64,000 bases of DNA from Octopus sinensis (lineage: Eukaryota). The DNA lies in the NCBI RefSeq assembly GCF_006345805.1, contig NC_043000.1:120342001-120406000 (forward strand), given 5' to 3'. Positions 1-12,500 of this stretch are shown here, one piece after another. Every line of letters begins with the position of its first letter. Within the stretch, counting starts at the first letter, position 1. The notes below the pieces were generated by a model. It was not told where the DNA came from, searched no databases, and saw nothing but the letters and a program-made list of their open reading frames with translations. The translations under genes and the position numbers were made by a program.

Positions 1-556
1 ATAACTCTTTCACTGCGGAACAATTCAATAATAAACTATAATTTTCATTTCTTATCTTGCCACCTCTTCACGCATATATATATATATATATAATATATAT
101 TATATAATTATATATTATAATATCTATATATATATATATATATGTGTGTGTATGTGTGTGTGTGTACTTACGTATATGTACATACACGTATTTATGTGTG
201 GGCAAAGGGAAAGAGAGATAGAGAGAGACAGAGATAGAGAGATAGTAAGACCGAATATAAAATATGTATAAACATTTTATATTTGGTCATATAATATTAT
301 TTGGTATCTAGCTATCTATATTAATGTGTATTATTATATATACTAAAGTTTATTATAAACGCATATATATATATATGTATAAACGCATATATATATGAAT
401 ATGTGTGTGCGTGTGTGTGCGCTATATATATATATATTATATATATATATGTATAATATATATATATATATATAGCGCGCACACGCACACATAATTACGT
501 ATATAGATATTTGCTTACATACGTATGTATGTATGTGTGTATCTATCAATCTATCA

Positions 557-594
<38 letters not shown>

Positions 595-607
595 ATATCT
601 CTCTATC

Positions 608-663
<56 letters not shown>

Positions 664-822
664 TTAAATATACACACATATGTATATGCTTATATATAAA
701 TATAAACGGAAATACATATACATACGTGATATATATGCACACACACACACACATATATGTTTTACATACACTCATATATAGATATACATATATATAGGTG
801 TATTTAAGTATGCATGTATATA

Positions 823-897
<75 letters not shown>

Positions 898-1319
898 ATT
901 TTGTGTATGAGTCTATGCATGTATATATATATTATATATATATATGGAAATATAATAATAGTGATATATATAGAAGCACAGCTGAAGGGTATAAGAAAAA
1001 TAAGAGGTGAAACGAAAAGAGAAAGCGAATGAGAGGAGAAATGAAAACAGGTTCTAAGTATATGGTGAGGATGTCGGGTGAGTTATTTCGCACGGTTTAT
1101 TCTGTTTACGGATATTGCCTCTGTACAAGATTGATCTCACTCTTCCATTGTTATTACAGTAACATCTTCACCACCACAGTCACTGCTATCGCCTTGCCGA
1201 ACAACGCCAGCCAAGTCCATTATCGTTATCGTTGCCACAAGCGAGTACTAATACTACTATTGCTATCCCCGGCATTAACTCTTATCCCAGTGTTATCACT
1301 ACATCGATGAAGATGGCGA

Positions 1320-1405
1320 CAGCGGTGACGGCGCAGACGACAGCGGTGACGGCGCAGACGACAGCGGTGATGGCGCAGACGACAGCTGTGACGGCGCAGA
1401 CGACG
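1320..1405. repeat. 21-bp GC-rich minisatellite (ACAGCGGTGACGGCGCAGACG)x~4
   Basis: Four tandem near-identical 21-mers read directly. Confidence 0.85.
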
Positions 1406-1564
1406 AAGAGAAACGCTGGCGTGACGACCACCGCCATTTACAACTGTTATTGATAGTATATAGTAATACCACTTATTAGTATCCTTAGGCATACTATGGT
1501 CACTAACGCCATCACACCAATCCTTTCGAAAGTTATTAATGTAGTCTTACCAATGCCCGTTTAC

Positions 1565-1785
1565 TGATGTTGAGGTGGTTTGGCCACAGGGAGAAGATGG
1601 ATGATGAGCAGATGGTAAGGAGGGTGATGAAGGCTGAAGTGGTAGGTAGCAGAACCAGAGGCAGATCTCGGTTTGTGTGGATGGATGGAATGAGGAAAGC
1701 TTTGGTGGTTAGAGGTGTTGGAGCGAGACAGCCAAGAGAGTTTATAAATTATAGGAAAGCATGGAGAGTGTTTGTGGATGGATGA
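1565..1785 (+). mobile_element. RTE-type LINE, C-terminal ORF fragment
   Basis: Translation LRWFGHREKMDDEQMVRRVMKAEVVGSRTRGRSRFVWMD matches the LRWFGH..RM...RGRPR..W motif at the end of RTE-clade ORFs. Confidence 0.8.
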
Positions 1786-2284
1786 ATGAATTTGATGTTG
1801 CTCACAGGCGTATGGAACCAGTATGATGCGGCGGGGATAAACCAGCATATGCTATCATGTCCCACTACTGGTATTGGGGGTTGCGTTCTATGCCTTGACC
1901 CGAGCATAGAACGGGGCTCGCCCCTTTGAGCTGGAAAATGAATGGAATGTCTGGTGGGTGTCTTTCTGTGGCTATCTCCTCCTAAAAAAAGGGGATATGA
2001 ATAAGCCTGGGTATATGATATGACCAGTGCCATCGAATGAATAAGTTTCTATGCGTCAGTTCGACGTCCTAGAAATTACAGCAAAAATCTCCTTAAAGGC
2101 ACGTCCAAATGTCATCAGAAAAAAAAGAAAAACTGACGATTTGACATTGCGATTATGTGTGCATAGTGACCCAGAAAAAAATACGGGATGGACACGAGTG
2201 GGTTCCTTTTAGTCATAAGACTGATCGATAAGATCAAACATATGACTGGTCAACGATAAATATAAATTAATCAACGCTATCCTA

Positions 2285-2402
2285 CTGCGTGGCACCTTGG
2301 GCAAGTGTCTTCTACAATAGCCTCGGGCGGAGCAAAGCCTTGTGAGTGAACTTGGTATAAGGAAACTCAACGGAGCACGTCATATACACTCACACACACT
2401 CA

Positions 2403-2465
<63 letters not shown>

Positions 2466-2650
2466 TAGTATTTCTTTGTGTCTGTGTTTCTGACCCCGCA
2501 ATCATAGCGCTTCGGCCATAACCAACCGACAGAATATGTTCTGGGCTTAAAAATGTCCTGGTGTCCTTTTGTTCGACTAAAAACCTTCAAGGTGATGCCC
2601 CAGCATGGCCGCAATCAAATGACTGAAACAAAAGGCAAAAGATAAAAGAT
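2285..2650 (+). mobile_element. tRNA-derived CORE-like SINE (family B), 5'-truncated, internal (CA)n
   Basis: gtggcaccttgggcaagtgtcttct CORE-like block and 3' end cagcatggccgcaatcaaatgactgaaac shared with other copies in the window. Confidence 0.75.
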
Positions 2651-2689
2651 ACATACATACCTGCATCAAAGCCCAGGTACATACATACG

Positions 2690-3144
2690 CACAATTAGAT
2701 TTACAAGTTCAGGTTTATTCCTGTAATTACTGGGACACTGGGATATATCATAAAACACGCAACCTAAATAACAATCTTGAGAAATTAGGTTTCTCAGAAC
2801 CAGAAACGAGAAAGCTGATTCGAAGACTACAGATCCAATCCATCACTGGAACTGTAAAAATCTGTAAAACTTTCTAGAAGTGTTATCATTTAAATATATA
2901 TTAGCATGTCGAGATATGTAACTATATGTATGAGAATACATAATAAAACATACATACATACATACATACAAGCAAAAATGCCCTGTTGTTGATGTTGAAA
3001 TTCCAATGAAGGGACCTTTGATCCAGGCTAGAAACAGGTTCTTTCTCTATTGTCAAGAAATATTGAAACAAACTGAATAATGACATACATGCATACATAC
3101 ATACATACATACATACTACATACATACATACATACATACATACA

Positions 3145-3175
<31 letters not shown>

Positions 3176-3535
3176 TCTGTTGATATTGTTGAAAAACGGA
3201 TGAAGGGGTCTTGGATCTAGGTTAGAAGCTGGCTCTTTCTCTTTTGGCTAGAAATCTTGAAATAAAACTGAATAATGACATACATATTTACACACATACA
3301 TAATATTATACAAAAATACCCTGTTGTTGATAAAACTGAATAATAACATACATACACACGTAATAGAAATCTACGCATGCACGGGCTTCAAATACTGCAC
3401 TCATATACTCATACGTACACAAATACCCCGTTGATGTTGTTGAAATTCCCGTGAAGGAACTTGGATCTAGGTTGGAAAACGAGTCTTTCTCTGTTGGCGA
3501 GAAATCTGGAAATAAAACTGAATAACATACATACA
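2690..3535 (+). mobile_element. RLE-type LINE 3' end (second family) plus three reiterated 3' UTR units separated by (CATA)n
   Basis: Degenerate translation DYKFRFIPVITGTLG...EKLGFSEPETRKLIRRLQIQSITGTVKICKTF; ~110-bp units at about 2970, 3175 and 3425 each end in aataa(tg)acatacat. Confidence 0.7.
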
Positions 3536-4169
3536 AGCATCACACATCGAAGGCTATGCATTTGCGACCATGGGACAGGAGATTGCTATGAAATACCTAG
3601 AAAACAAAAGGGGCAATAAAGCCCTTGGAACCCGAAGATGGAACCGAAGGCGTAGATTCTTTCACATTTCTGTGGAAGACATCACACGTGATTAACAGCT
3701 GCTCAAAAATGTTATCAAGGTACTACATTCCTACGTGACACACGTGGACGATAAAACAGTATATAGTACCTTTCGAATAGAAGACTGTTCTGGAATAAAT
3801 AAAAAGAATTCCCCTAAATTTAAAGCTGTTACATAATCCCAGATGATCTGTAACCAATTTTTTGGTAGCAGAATGTCTTTAGAGTAAAGTAAGACCACAT
3901 AAATAGTTCTTCGTTGAAATGGAATGAGAAACCTGATGTGAATTTGAACTCAAGGCCTTTGGACAAATGTCGAATTTGCCTTACATTTTTATACATTATG
4001 CGAGGCCATCTCGCATGAAGTTACTTCGTAAGGCGCCACAAGGCATGAACACTATCATCACTATGAGCACAACCAATATCGGCTCGTATACACAATCAAT
4101 GATAATGGAGTAAGACAACAGTTGCAACGTTTTGCGGCCAATCCACCACTCCTGCTCATCCTCCTCATC

Positions 4170-4405
4170 CACCACTTCCTCCTCTGCCTTCCCTCCCCCT
4201 CCTCCTCTGCTCCCCCTCCTCCTCTGCTCCCCCTCCTCCTCTGCTCCCCCTCCTCCTCTGCTCCCCCGCCTCCTCTGCTCCTCCTCCACCCCTACCTCAA
4301 CGTCCTCCTCGTCGCCGTCGTCCTCCTCCTACTGCTACTACTAGTACTGCTGCTGCTGCTACTACTACTACTACTTCTACCACCATCACCATCACCACCA
4401 CCATC

Positions 4406-4440
<35 letters not shown>

Positions 4441-4501
4441 CACCATCACTACTACTACTACTACTACTACTAATACTACTACTACTACTACGACCACCAC
4501 G

Positions 4502-4532
<31 letters not shown>

Positions 4533-4570
4533 GAACTACTACGACCACAATCACCACCACCACCACCACC

Positions 4571-4610
<40 letters not shown>

Positions 4611-4632
4611 ACTACTACTACTACTACTATCT
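4170..4632. repeat. C-rich minisatellite followed by compound (ACT/ACC/CAT)n trinucleotide tract
   Basis: Tandem cctcctcctctgctccc units, then long (act)n/(acc)n runs. Confidence 0.9.
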
Positions 4633-5156
4633 TAGAAAATCTTAGGGTAAAGAGAAACGCTGTTCTACAGACTTCGCGTCTTCAACTTAGGTCAAGCATT
4701 TCTCAAGTTGATGTAACGTTAGCAAAAGTTTGTGTGTGTGTATGCATGAGCATGTGTGTATATGTGTGTGAATTTGTGCGTACGTGTATGTGCGTGAGTG
4801 TGTGTGTATGTGTATGTGTGTATATGTGTGTGTGTGTGCGTATGTGTGTCTGAGTTTGTGCGTCTGTGTATGTGCGTGTGTAGATGTATGTGTGTATGTT
4901 CGTGTGCGTATGTGTGAGTGAGTTTGTGCGCATGTATATATATGCATGTGTATGTATGTGTGTGTATGTGTGTGTGTATGTGTGTGTATTCGTGTGTATA
5001 TGTGTGTGTGCGTATGTGTGTGTGTTTGTGCGTATGTGTATGTGCGTGTATAACATTATCTATTGCTGCTGTTCTCATTGTTTTTCCTGCACGAGTTTTC
5101 AACTTGTCAAAACTATCAAATACACCATTCTATTTATTTCTAAATCTATTTTATTA

Positions 5157-5395
5157 TATCAAGTGTTCAAAAAGTCTCTCCGCAGTAATCATTTAATGGT
5201 TTTCGGGCGATTCTCGTACTCTGATCCTTTACTTGCTCCCCAGAAAAAAAAAATTCTGGCGGTGTTAAATGAGGTTGTCTTGGTGGCCAAAGTCCCTTCA
5301 AAATAATCCGTTCACTAAAAAAGTCTTGAAGTAGCGCCACGGTGAAGAGTAGGAGGAAAACATTCACTGCGGAGAAACTTTTTGAACACCCTGTA
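5157..5395 (-). mobile_element. Tc1/mariner MITE-like deletion derivative with transposase scrap
   Basis: TIR pair gtgttcaaaaagtctctccgcagt / actgcggagaaactttttgaacaccctg-TA; internal minus-strand WPPRQPHLTPPEFFFSGEQVKD resembles the WPPRSPDLTP.DFF.WG.VKD motif. Confidence 0.8.
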
Positions 5396-5769
5396 TTTTT
5401 AGTGTTGCTTGTGCAAATGGCGTTGTTCATTGCAGGGGCGTGACTGGACGACATTTTGTATTGAATGTCGGCTAGCGAGGAAATATTTTCTAAATGTCTT
5501 TTTTTTTCTATGAATGCGAAAGAAATAAAAATAAAAATTATTGCGTCTTGAGAAATAATTCCGCGCAATAAGACTCATAAATAGTAATTAAATTTTTGCA
5601 GAACTCGACAAAATCCAATCCATTGAGCAGAGCGCAAATAAAGATGTCTTACCAACACAAAAAAATGATGATGTTGATGAGGATGATGATGATGACGATG
5701 ATTATGATAATGATGATGATGACGACGACCACGACGACGATGATGATAATGATAATATAATATTCCTAA

Positions 5770-6990
5770 AAAATGTGCTTAATACGAGGAACTCGATTAC
5801 CGCAATCAACACCTTAGCTCAACCTGTTGTAGCCTACAACTTCTACATCAGAATACGCTCCATTAGCGAAATCAGTAAAATCTATACGTAAATACACAAG
5901 ATCCTCACAATACACTGTATTCGTCACACGAAGGCAGATGTAGATAGGCAGTACGTCCTACGAAAGTATGGCGGACATGAACTAAAACGGCTGCAACTGT
6001 CTCTAAAGGCAATAACCATATGGGTAGATGTCTATCTAAAGTATAACAACGATTAAAGACTAAAATTTGTTTGCAAGTAAGAATGTTAAAAAAAAAATGT
6101 ACTGTATATTAGAAGAAGCAAAGGCGGCGAGCTGGCAGAAACGTTAGCATGCCGGGCGAAATGCTTAGTGGTATTTCGTCTGCCGTTACGTCCTGAGTTC
6201 AAACTCCGCCGAGGTCGACTTTGCCTTTCATCCTTTCGGGGTCGATTAAATAAGTACCAGTTACGCACCGGGGTCGATATAATCGACTTAATCCGTTTGT
6301 CTGTCCTTGTTTGTCCCCCTCTATGTTTAGCCCCTAGTGGGCAATAAAGAAATAAGAAGAAGCAAAGAAGTCTGTACAGGAATTGAAGATCAAAGAAACT
6401 GAGGCACAACTAGATGAAACAAATGAACCAGCTATGATAGCGAAACAGAAAAATTAAACGCTAAATCAAATGGAATCTCAGTGCTGCGAAATACATGGAA
6501 AGGCAAGGTATTACAATACAAATATCCTACAAAGTCCAACGATCTGGTTGTAGATATAAATATGACCCATCAACGGATGGCTGCATCTAGACTTAAAATC
6601 AGAAACAGCGGGCTCCATTATAGCAGCTCGGGACCAATATCTGCCCACCAGAAACTACAAAGCAAGCCCTCTTGAAAATAGTGCAGACCCTGCCAGCGGC
6701 TTTTTTGTGGTGTACGACTAGGGAAACAATTGACTACCTCGTTTCCAGTTGCTCTATGCCATTCTTAAAATGGTTACATTATTTACCATGACAGACTTAG
6801 CCAGTTTATTCACCGGTTCTTATGCTGTTAGTCGAAATTCCTATATGAGAACCGGTGGGAAGATAAGCTTAACAAAGTCATACAAAGTAATAGAAAGTAT
6901 AGATATATTCCTTCTTTGAGAGTGTCCGTGTTATACAAGCAGACCAATATACCAAACATTGTGTTGACAAAATATCTCTAATCATAGATA
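5770..6990 (+). mobile_element. Old degenerate R4/Dong-like non-LTR retrotransposon (RT thumb to zinc-knuckle region), interrupted by a SINE
   Basis: LNTRNSITAINTLAQPVV...HTKADVDRQYVLRKYGGHEL and later LKSETAGSIIAARDQYLPTRNYK...ETIDYLVSSC, homologous to the younger copies at 12500 and 59505; many stops and frameshifts. Confidence 0.75.
6121..6354 (+). mobile_element. tRNA-derived SINE family A (Nin/Sauria-like central domain), full monomer with 13-bp TSD
   Basis: Head ggcggcgagctggcagaaacgttagc, B-box-like gagttcaaa, domain tttgcctttcatcctttcggggtcgat; AGAAGAAGCAAAG at 6111-6123 and 6355-6367. Confidence 0.9.
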
Positions 6991-7618
6991 TATCAATCCC
7001 GGCACTTTGCGACACTTCTGTAAAATTATCTGAAAAATTAAGTAAATATAATGTCCTTCAAATAGAGGTTTCAGAAATCTGGCATCTAAAAATAATAAAT
7101 ATACCGGTATTCATCTGTTTGACACCCTCCCACACACAATTTCAATGGAGGCAATACCAGCGGAATACATAAATAGATATACAAATAGATATATCTATAT
7201 CTATGTATATTGATTTATCTATCTATATATATATTTATAATGCCAACGTATTTTAAAGTATTTTTAAATATTTTTAAATATTTGCGTATTTTTAAATATT
7301 AAATATTTATATGTTTATATACTTGTATGATTAAATACTATATTATCTGGAACTTTATATTGATTTATTGAGGTCCAATGGAAGAACTAAATATATATTG
7401 AATATTCTATTGGATAATAGGTTATGTTCCTCTAGTTTTCCGTTGGTATTGGCTCCATTGAAACTTACTGCACAGATGTACACCACTGACTTTGGTCCTG
7501 AGCTATTTATTTACTAAATTAAGCTTTTTATCAAAATAAGTTTAAATACATTTGACAGTGATCCAGTCAGTCGAGACACCTCTGTTGGAATTTAGTTTTA
7601 ATATTTCGGGCAGAATAT

Positions 7619-8385
7619 GGCGGCGAGCTGGTAGAAACGTTAGCACGCCGGGCAAAATGCTTAGAAGTATTTCGTCTGTCTTTACGTTCTGAGTTCAAAT
7701 TTCGCCGTGGTCGACTTTGCCTTTCGTGGTCGATAAATCAGTTGCGCACTGGGGTCGATCTAATCGACTAGCCCCCTCCCACCAAATTCCGAGCCTGGTT
7801 CCTAGAGTAGAAAAAATATTTTAAAGGCGGCGAGCTGACAGAAACAGTAGCACGCTGAGCGAAATGCTTAGCTTTATGTTCTGAGTTCAAATTCCGTCGA
7901 GGTCAACTTTGCCTTTCATCCTTTCGGGGTCGATAAATTAAGTACTAGGTGCGTACTGGTGTGGATCTAATTGACTGGCTCCCAATTTTCGGGCCCTGTG
8001 CCTAGAGTAGAAAAAAATATTTTAAAGGTGGCGAGCTGACAGAAACGGTAGCACGCCGAGTAAAATGCTTTGCAGTATTTCATCTGTCTTAATGTTATGA
8101 GTTCAAATTTCGCCGTGGTCGGCTTTGTCCTTCATCCCCAATCGGGGATGAAACCAATATTTCAGGCAAAATTTAGTGCGGCGAGATGGCAGATTAGTTA
8201 GGACGCCAGACAAAATGCTTAGCGGCGTTTCGTCGGTCTTGACGTTCGGAGTTCAAATTCAGCCCAGGTCGACTTTACCTTTCATTCATTCGGGGTTGAT
8301 GAAATTAGTATCAGTTGAGCACTGGATCCATTGAATTGATTTTCCCCCACCCCTGGATTTACTGGTCCTGTTCCAAAATTTGGTT
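7619..8385 (+). mobile_element. Head-to-tail cluster of about four family-A SINEs (variant tail cctagagtagaaaa)
   Basis: Repeated heads at about 7619, 7826, 8027 and 8178. Confidence 0.85.
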
Positions 8386-8499
8386 ATGTACTATCTGGCT
8401 GACTGTCTGACTGCTTCTATCTCTCTCTCACAGACATTCTTATGCGTGTGTGTGTCAGTACGTGTGAGTATATATGTGTGTTTCGACGTATATTGCTTT

Positions 8500-8518
8500 A
8501 CAGCGGTTTTAAGCTCAA

Positions 8519-8587
<69 letters not shown>

Positions 8588-8606
8588 ATATATATACATA
8601 CATACA

Positions 8607-8654
<48 letters not shown>

Positions 8655-8694
8655 CATACATGCTCCTATATCATTAAGTTTAAGTTTATATATA

Positions 8695-8745
<51 letters not shown>
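8500..8745. repeat. Compound microsatellite (TC)n(TA)n(CATA)n
   Basis: Direct reading. Confidence 0.9.
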
Positions 8746-9610
8746 ATGTGTACAAACATATGAATATAGATATTCATACATACACAAATAAATGGGGAGA
8801 GAGAGTAACGGGAAGAAGAGGAGAAGGAGGAGGAGGAGGAAGAAGAAAAAGAAAAAGATAGTCAGAACGAAATGATATAGTACATGAAACATGAAAATGA
8901 TCGGAGAAGCATGACTGCCAAAGTGCCCTGGCAAATTAAAGAAGACAATACAGAGACACATATGTGTACACAAATGCATATATATATATATATATATACG
9001 AATTTATATCCAGATATATGAATTTACATATAGATATATAATATACATGCAGAATAGATGAGGTTAATAGCCCGATCAATCTTTAGTTATGTAGTCATTA
9101 ATCATGTCAGAAATAGAGGAATCGTGTCTGAGTTATCTAAAATTAGTACACTAACAGAACGTAATTTATGGTCTTTTAAGCGATTGATGGCTTGTGTATC
9201 GCTGATGTTAGTTAATTTTTGCTTGTCTTATGGCGCAATGTATTATGCATCTGACGTGTTTTTATTGACAAAAACAAACTGATAAACTTTTTATTTCGTA
9301 CGCAAATCACTTATATTCAAGTCATAATAACACATTCTCTGCTGTTTGGAGATTACTTATTCGTCATCAGTCGAATATATTCAATACGAGACAAATACCT
9401 GTTGATTTCCGAGGCGCGATTGGTTGGGATTATGACAGAATTGTATTTATCAATTAATGTTGAAGCAAAGATTGGGTAACATGACTGGTATTCAGCTGTT
9501 GCTTAGCACGGATATACTCGTATACATACATATATACACACGTACATACACACGTACATACACACGTATATACAAGCATATTTCTATGATTTAAAAAAAA
9601 TATATTTATA

Positions 9611-10230
9611 ATAGCAGTACCGCCCGACGTTGCTCGGGTTTGTTTCGATCCTTTACAATTGGAATTTTTGAAAAGTAAAAACTTTGCATTATGTAGCTTG
9701 TTATTCTCTTTAAGTGAAAAATTTTCTGGTTGAAATACACCGAAAAATGGCGACACAGCATTCAAAATATTGTAAAAAAATAGGGATTTTCATAGAAAAA
9801 AGCATCTTTTTGATGAAAATAATGTTTGGTGTTAACATGGTCCGATTTGAATTTTATCTTCTACGAAATGAAGAGCAAGTCTTCTTCTATCATGCTCTCA
9901 ATTTTGGTCAACTTGTGCCACAGAGTCTCGGAGGAGATAGTGTTAGTTGAAGGCTACCAAACCTGCCACACACACACAGACAACTTGAGCTTTATATATA
10001 GTAAAAAAAAAGGGATTTTCATAGCAAAAAAGCACCTTTTTGATGTAAATAATTTTTGGTCTTAACATGGTCCGGTTTGAATTTTATCTTCTACGGAAAG
10101 AAGAGCATGCTTTTTTCTATTATACTCTCAATTTTGGTGAACTCACGCAGCAGGGTCTTGGAGGAGATAGTGTTAGTTGAAGGCTACCAAACCTGCGATA
10201 CACAGACAACTTCAGCTTTATATATATAGA
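9611..10230 (-). mobile_element. Non-autonomous Helitron with tandemly duplicated 5' half
   Basis: Minus strand starts A^TCTATATATATAAAGC and ends with hairpin CCCGAGCAACGTCGGG and CTA(T); 9750-10005 is repeated at 10005-10230. Confidence 0.75.
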
Positions 10231-10518
10231 TGTAGAAGCAAAGACTGGGCAACATGACTGATATTCAGCTGTTGCTTAGCACGGACATACTCGTATACAC
10301 TCATATATACACACGTACATACACACGTATATACAAGTGTATTTCTATGTTTTTTTAAAAAATATATTTATATTAATATGTTTCCTGCTTGATGCTTTGA
10401 GACTGTATCATGCGTCTGTACTGTAATATATATATCGTGCTCCAAGTATGTAGTTGTGAGTATTCATATGTCTCTTTTATTCTTACACTTCTTTCAGTCA
10501 TTTGGCTGTGGCCCGGCT

Positions 10519-11310
10519 GTAATCGACTTAATCCGTTTGTCTGTCCTTGTTTGTCCTATCTGCGTTTGGCCTCTTGTGGGTAGTAAAAAAATAGGTATTT
10601 CGTCTGTCTTTATGTTCTGAGTTCAAATTCCGCCGAGGTCTACTTTGCATTTCATCCTTCCGGGTTCGGTAAATTAAATACCAGTTGCATACTGGGTCGA
10701 TCTAATCGACTGGCCCCCTCACCTAAAATTTCTGGCCTTGTGCCTAGAGTAGAAAAGATTATTTAAAGGCAGCGAGCTGGCAGAAACGTTAGCACGCCGG
10801 GCAAAATGCTTAGCGATATTTCATCTCTTTACGTTCTGAGTTCAAATTCCGTCGAGGTCGACCAGTTATGTACTGGGTTCGATCTAATCGACTAGCTCCC
10901 CTGCCCCAAAATTTCGGGCCTTTTCCCTAGTGTAGAAAAGATTATAACAATTACAAAGGCAGAAATTGTTAGCACGCCGGGCGAAATGCTGAGTGGTGTT
11001 TCGTCTGTCTTTACGTTCTGAGTTCAAATTCTGCAGAGATCGACTTTGCCTTTCATCCTTCCGGGTCAGTAAATTAAGTACCAGTTGCGTACTGGGGTCA
11101 ATCTAATCGACTGGCCCCCTTCCCTCAAAATTTCGGACCTTGTGCCTAGAGTAGAAAAGAATCGTTAGCTTGTCGAGCAAAATGCTTAGCGCTGTTTTGT
11201 CCGTCTTTACACTCTGAGTTCAAATTTTGCTTGTGTCATCTTTGCCTTTTATCCTTTCGGAGTTGATAAAACAAGTACCAGTTAACAACTGGTGTCGATT
11301 CAATATCACT
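10519..11310 (+). mobile_element. Cluster of about five family-A SINE units
   Basis: Repeated gagttcaaattcc...gtaccagtt...ggggtcgatctaatcgact blocks. Confidence 0.85.
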
Positions 11311-11324
11311 TACTTCCTCCTCAT

Positions 11325-11572
11325 ACGTGGCTTAGTGGTTAGGGTGTTGAACTCATGATCGTAAGGTAGTGGTTTCGATTCCTGGACCGGACCATGCGTT
11401 GTTTTCTTGAGTAAAACACTTCATTTTCACGTTGCTCCAGTCCACTCAGCTTGCAAAAATGAGTAATCCTGCGACGGACCGGCGTCCCGTCCAGGTGGGG
11501 AATTTCTACGCCACTGAAGCCGGGAAACCAGCCCTTATGAGCCTGGCATGGCTCGAGAAGGAATATACCCGA
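11325..11572 (+). mobile_element. tRNA-derived SINE family C (V/Meta-like central domain)
   Basis: A box tggcttagtgg, B box ggtttcgattcc, gttgttttcttgagtaaaacact...gttgctccagtccactcagc; same body as 21200. Confidence 0.8.
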
Positions 11573-11859
11573 ATTTGCAGGTCGTGTGTCAAAATTTGAA
11601 ACTGATATTACTTTTAGGGTGGTTTGCATTGTGAAGTGCGTGCAACTTCCTCATTCTGTCTAATTCTTCTAAGTGTGCTTGTCCACTATAGAAAAGAAAT
11701 AGAGTAACTCAATGCTCGCTTGGCCTACGTATTGATTGCTTTGATAACATTGCGTCCATTTTGTTTTGTTTCGTGTAGCTTTCTAACCCTTCTCTAGTAC
11801 TCGTTGTAGAATTTCTCTCTTATTCCTTTTTTCCCCATTAAATTATCTTCCTGTACTTG

Positions 11860-12180
11860 TATCCTTCATTATCACTCAACGATCTAATGCTATCATTTTG
11901 TGGTATCTCTATACCATCAGATTCAATCTTTCGATCTTTCTGCATAATCAACACTGCACATGAACTGCGTACGAATATCCTTGCCGAATATTCTTATTTG
12001 CGCACAAGAGAATTTGGGCTTTTAGAAAGTATTGTGTGTAGTTGAAGATCATCAATATATACAGTCGGTGATTTAGATTCACCCTAGTTTTAGCAAGGTC
12101 GTTGGGAGGCCTGAATCTTCTCCGTATATGACTTGTCAGAGGGATTAACGCTATGACAAAAAGTAATGGAGAGAGCGTTT
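11860..12180 (-). mobile_element. R4/Dong-like reverse transcriptase core fragment
   Basis: ETLSPLLFVIALIPL...LNHRLYI(DD)L...CAVLIMQKDRKIESDGIEIP, matching the SLSPLLF...NHLLYMDD RT motifs. Confidence 0.8.
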
Positions 12181-12181
12181 C

Positions 12182-12316
12182 CTTGAATTCACCGAGGCCG
12201 ACTTTGCCTTTCATCATTTCGGTATCGATAAAATGAGTACCAGTTGAACACTGGGGTCGATGTAATCGACTTATCCCTTCCCCCAAAATTGCTACCCTTG
12301 TGGCAAAATTTGAAAC

Positions 12317-12320
<4 letters not shown>
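12182..12320 (+). mobile_element. Family-A SINE 3' half ending in (ATT)n
   Basis: ccgaggccgactttgcctttcatc...ctggggtcgatgtaatcgact. Confidence 0.8.
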
Positions 12321-12370
<50 letters not shown>

Positions 12371-12428
12371 TTGATGAAAAACTCTCAGCTTATTTTGTTG
12401 GGTTATCATCATTATCTATAATAATAAT

Positions 12429-12499
<71 letters not shown>

Positions 12500-12500
<1 letters not shown>

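Noticed and set aside
343-1032. Many YIYIYI/VCVC/THTH ORFs here and throughout the track
   Set aside because: Translations of (TA)n/(CA)n microsatellites with no coding signal.
1232-1453. Mucin-like TAVTAQT repeat ORF
   Set aside because: Explained by a 21-bp minisatellite; no splice or homology support, though a real exon cannot be fully excluded.
2990-3045. 3' UTR unit as a hammerhead (..atgaaggg...gaaac..)
   Set aside because: The core deviates in all three units and the stems do not abut the core; treated as a LINE UTR hairpin.
4122-4853. 243-aa Leu/Pro-rich ORF
   Set aside because: Product of trinucleotide and minisatellite tracts.
9345-9375. Minus-strand ctgatga motif
   Set aside because: No GAAA and no consistent stems.
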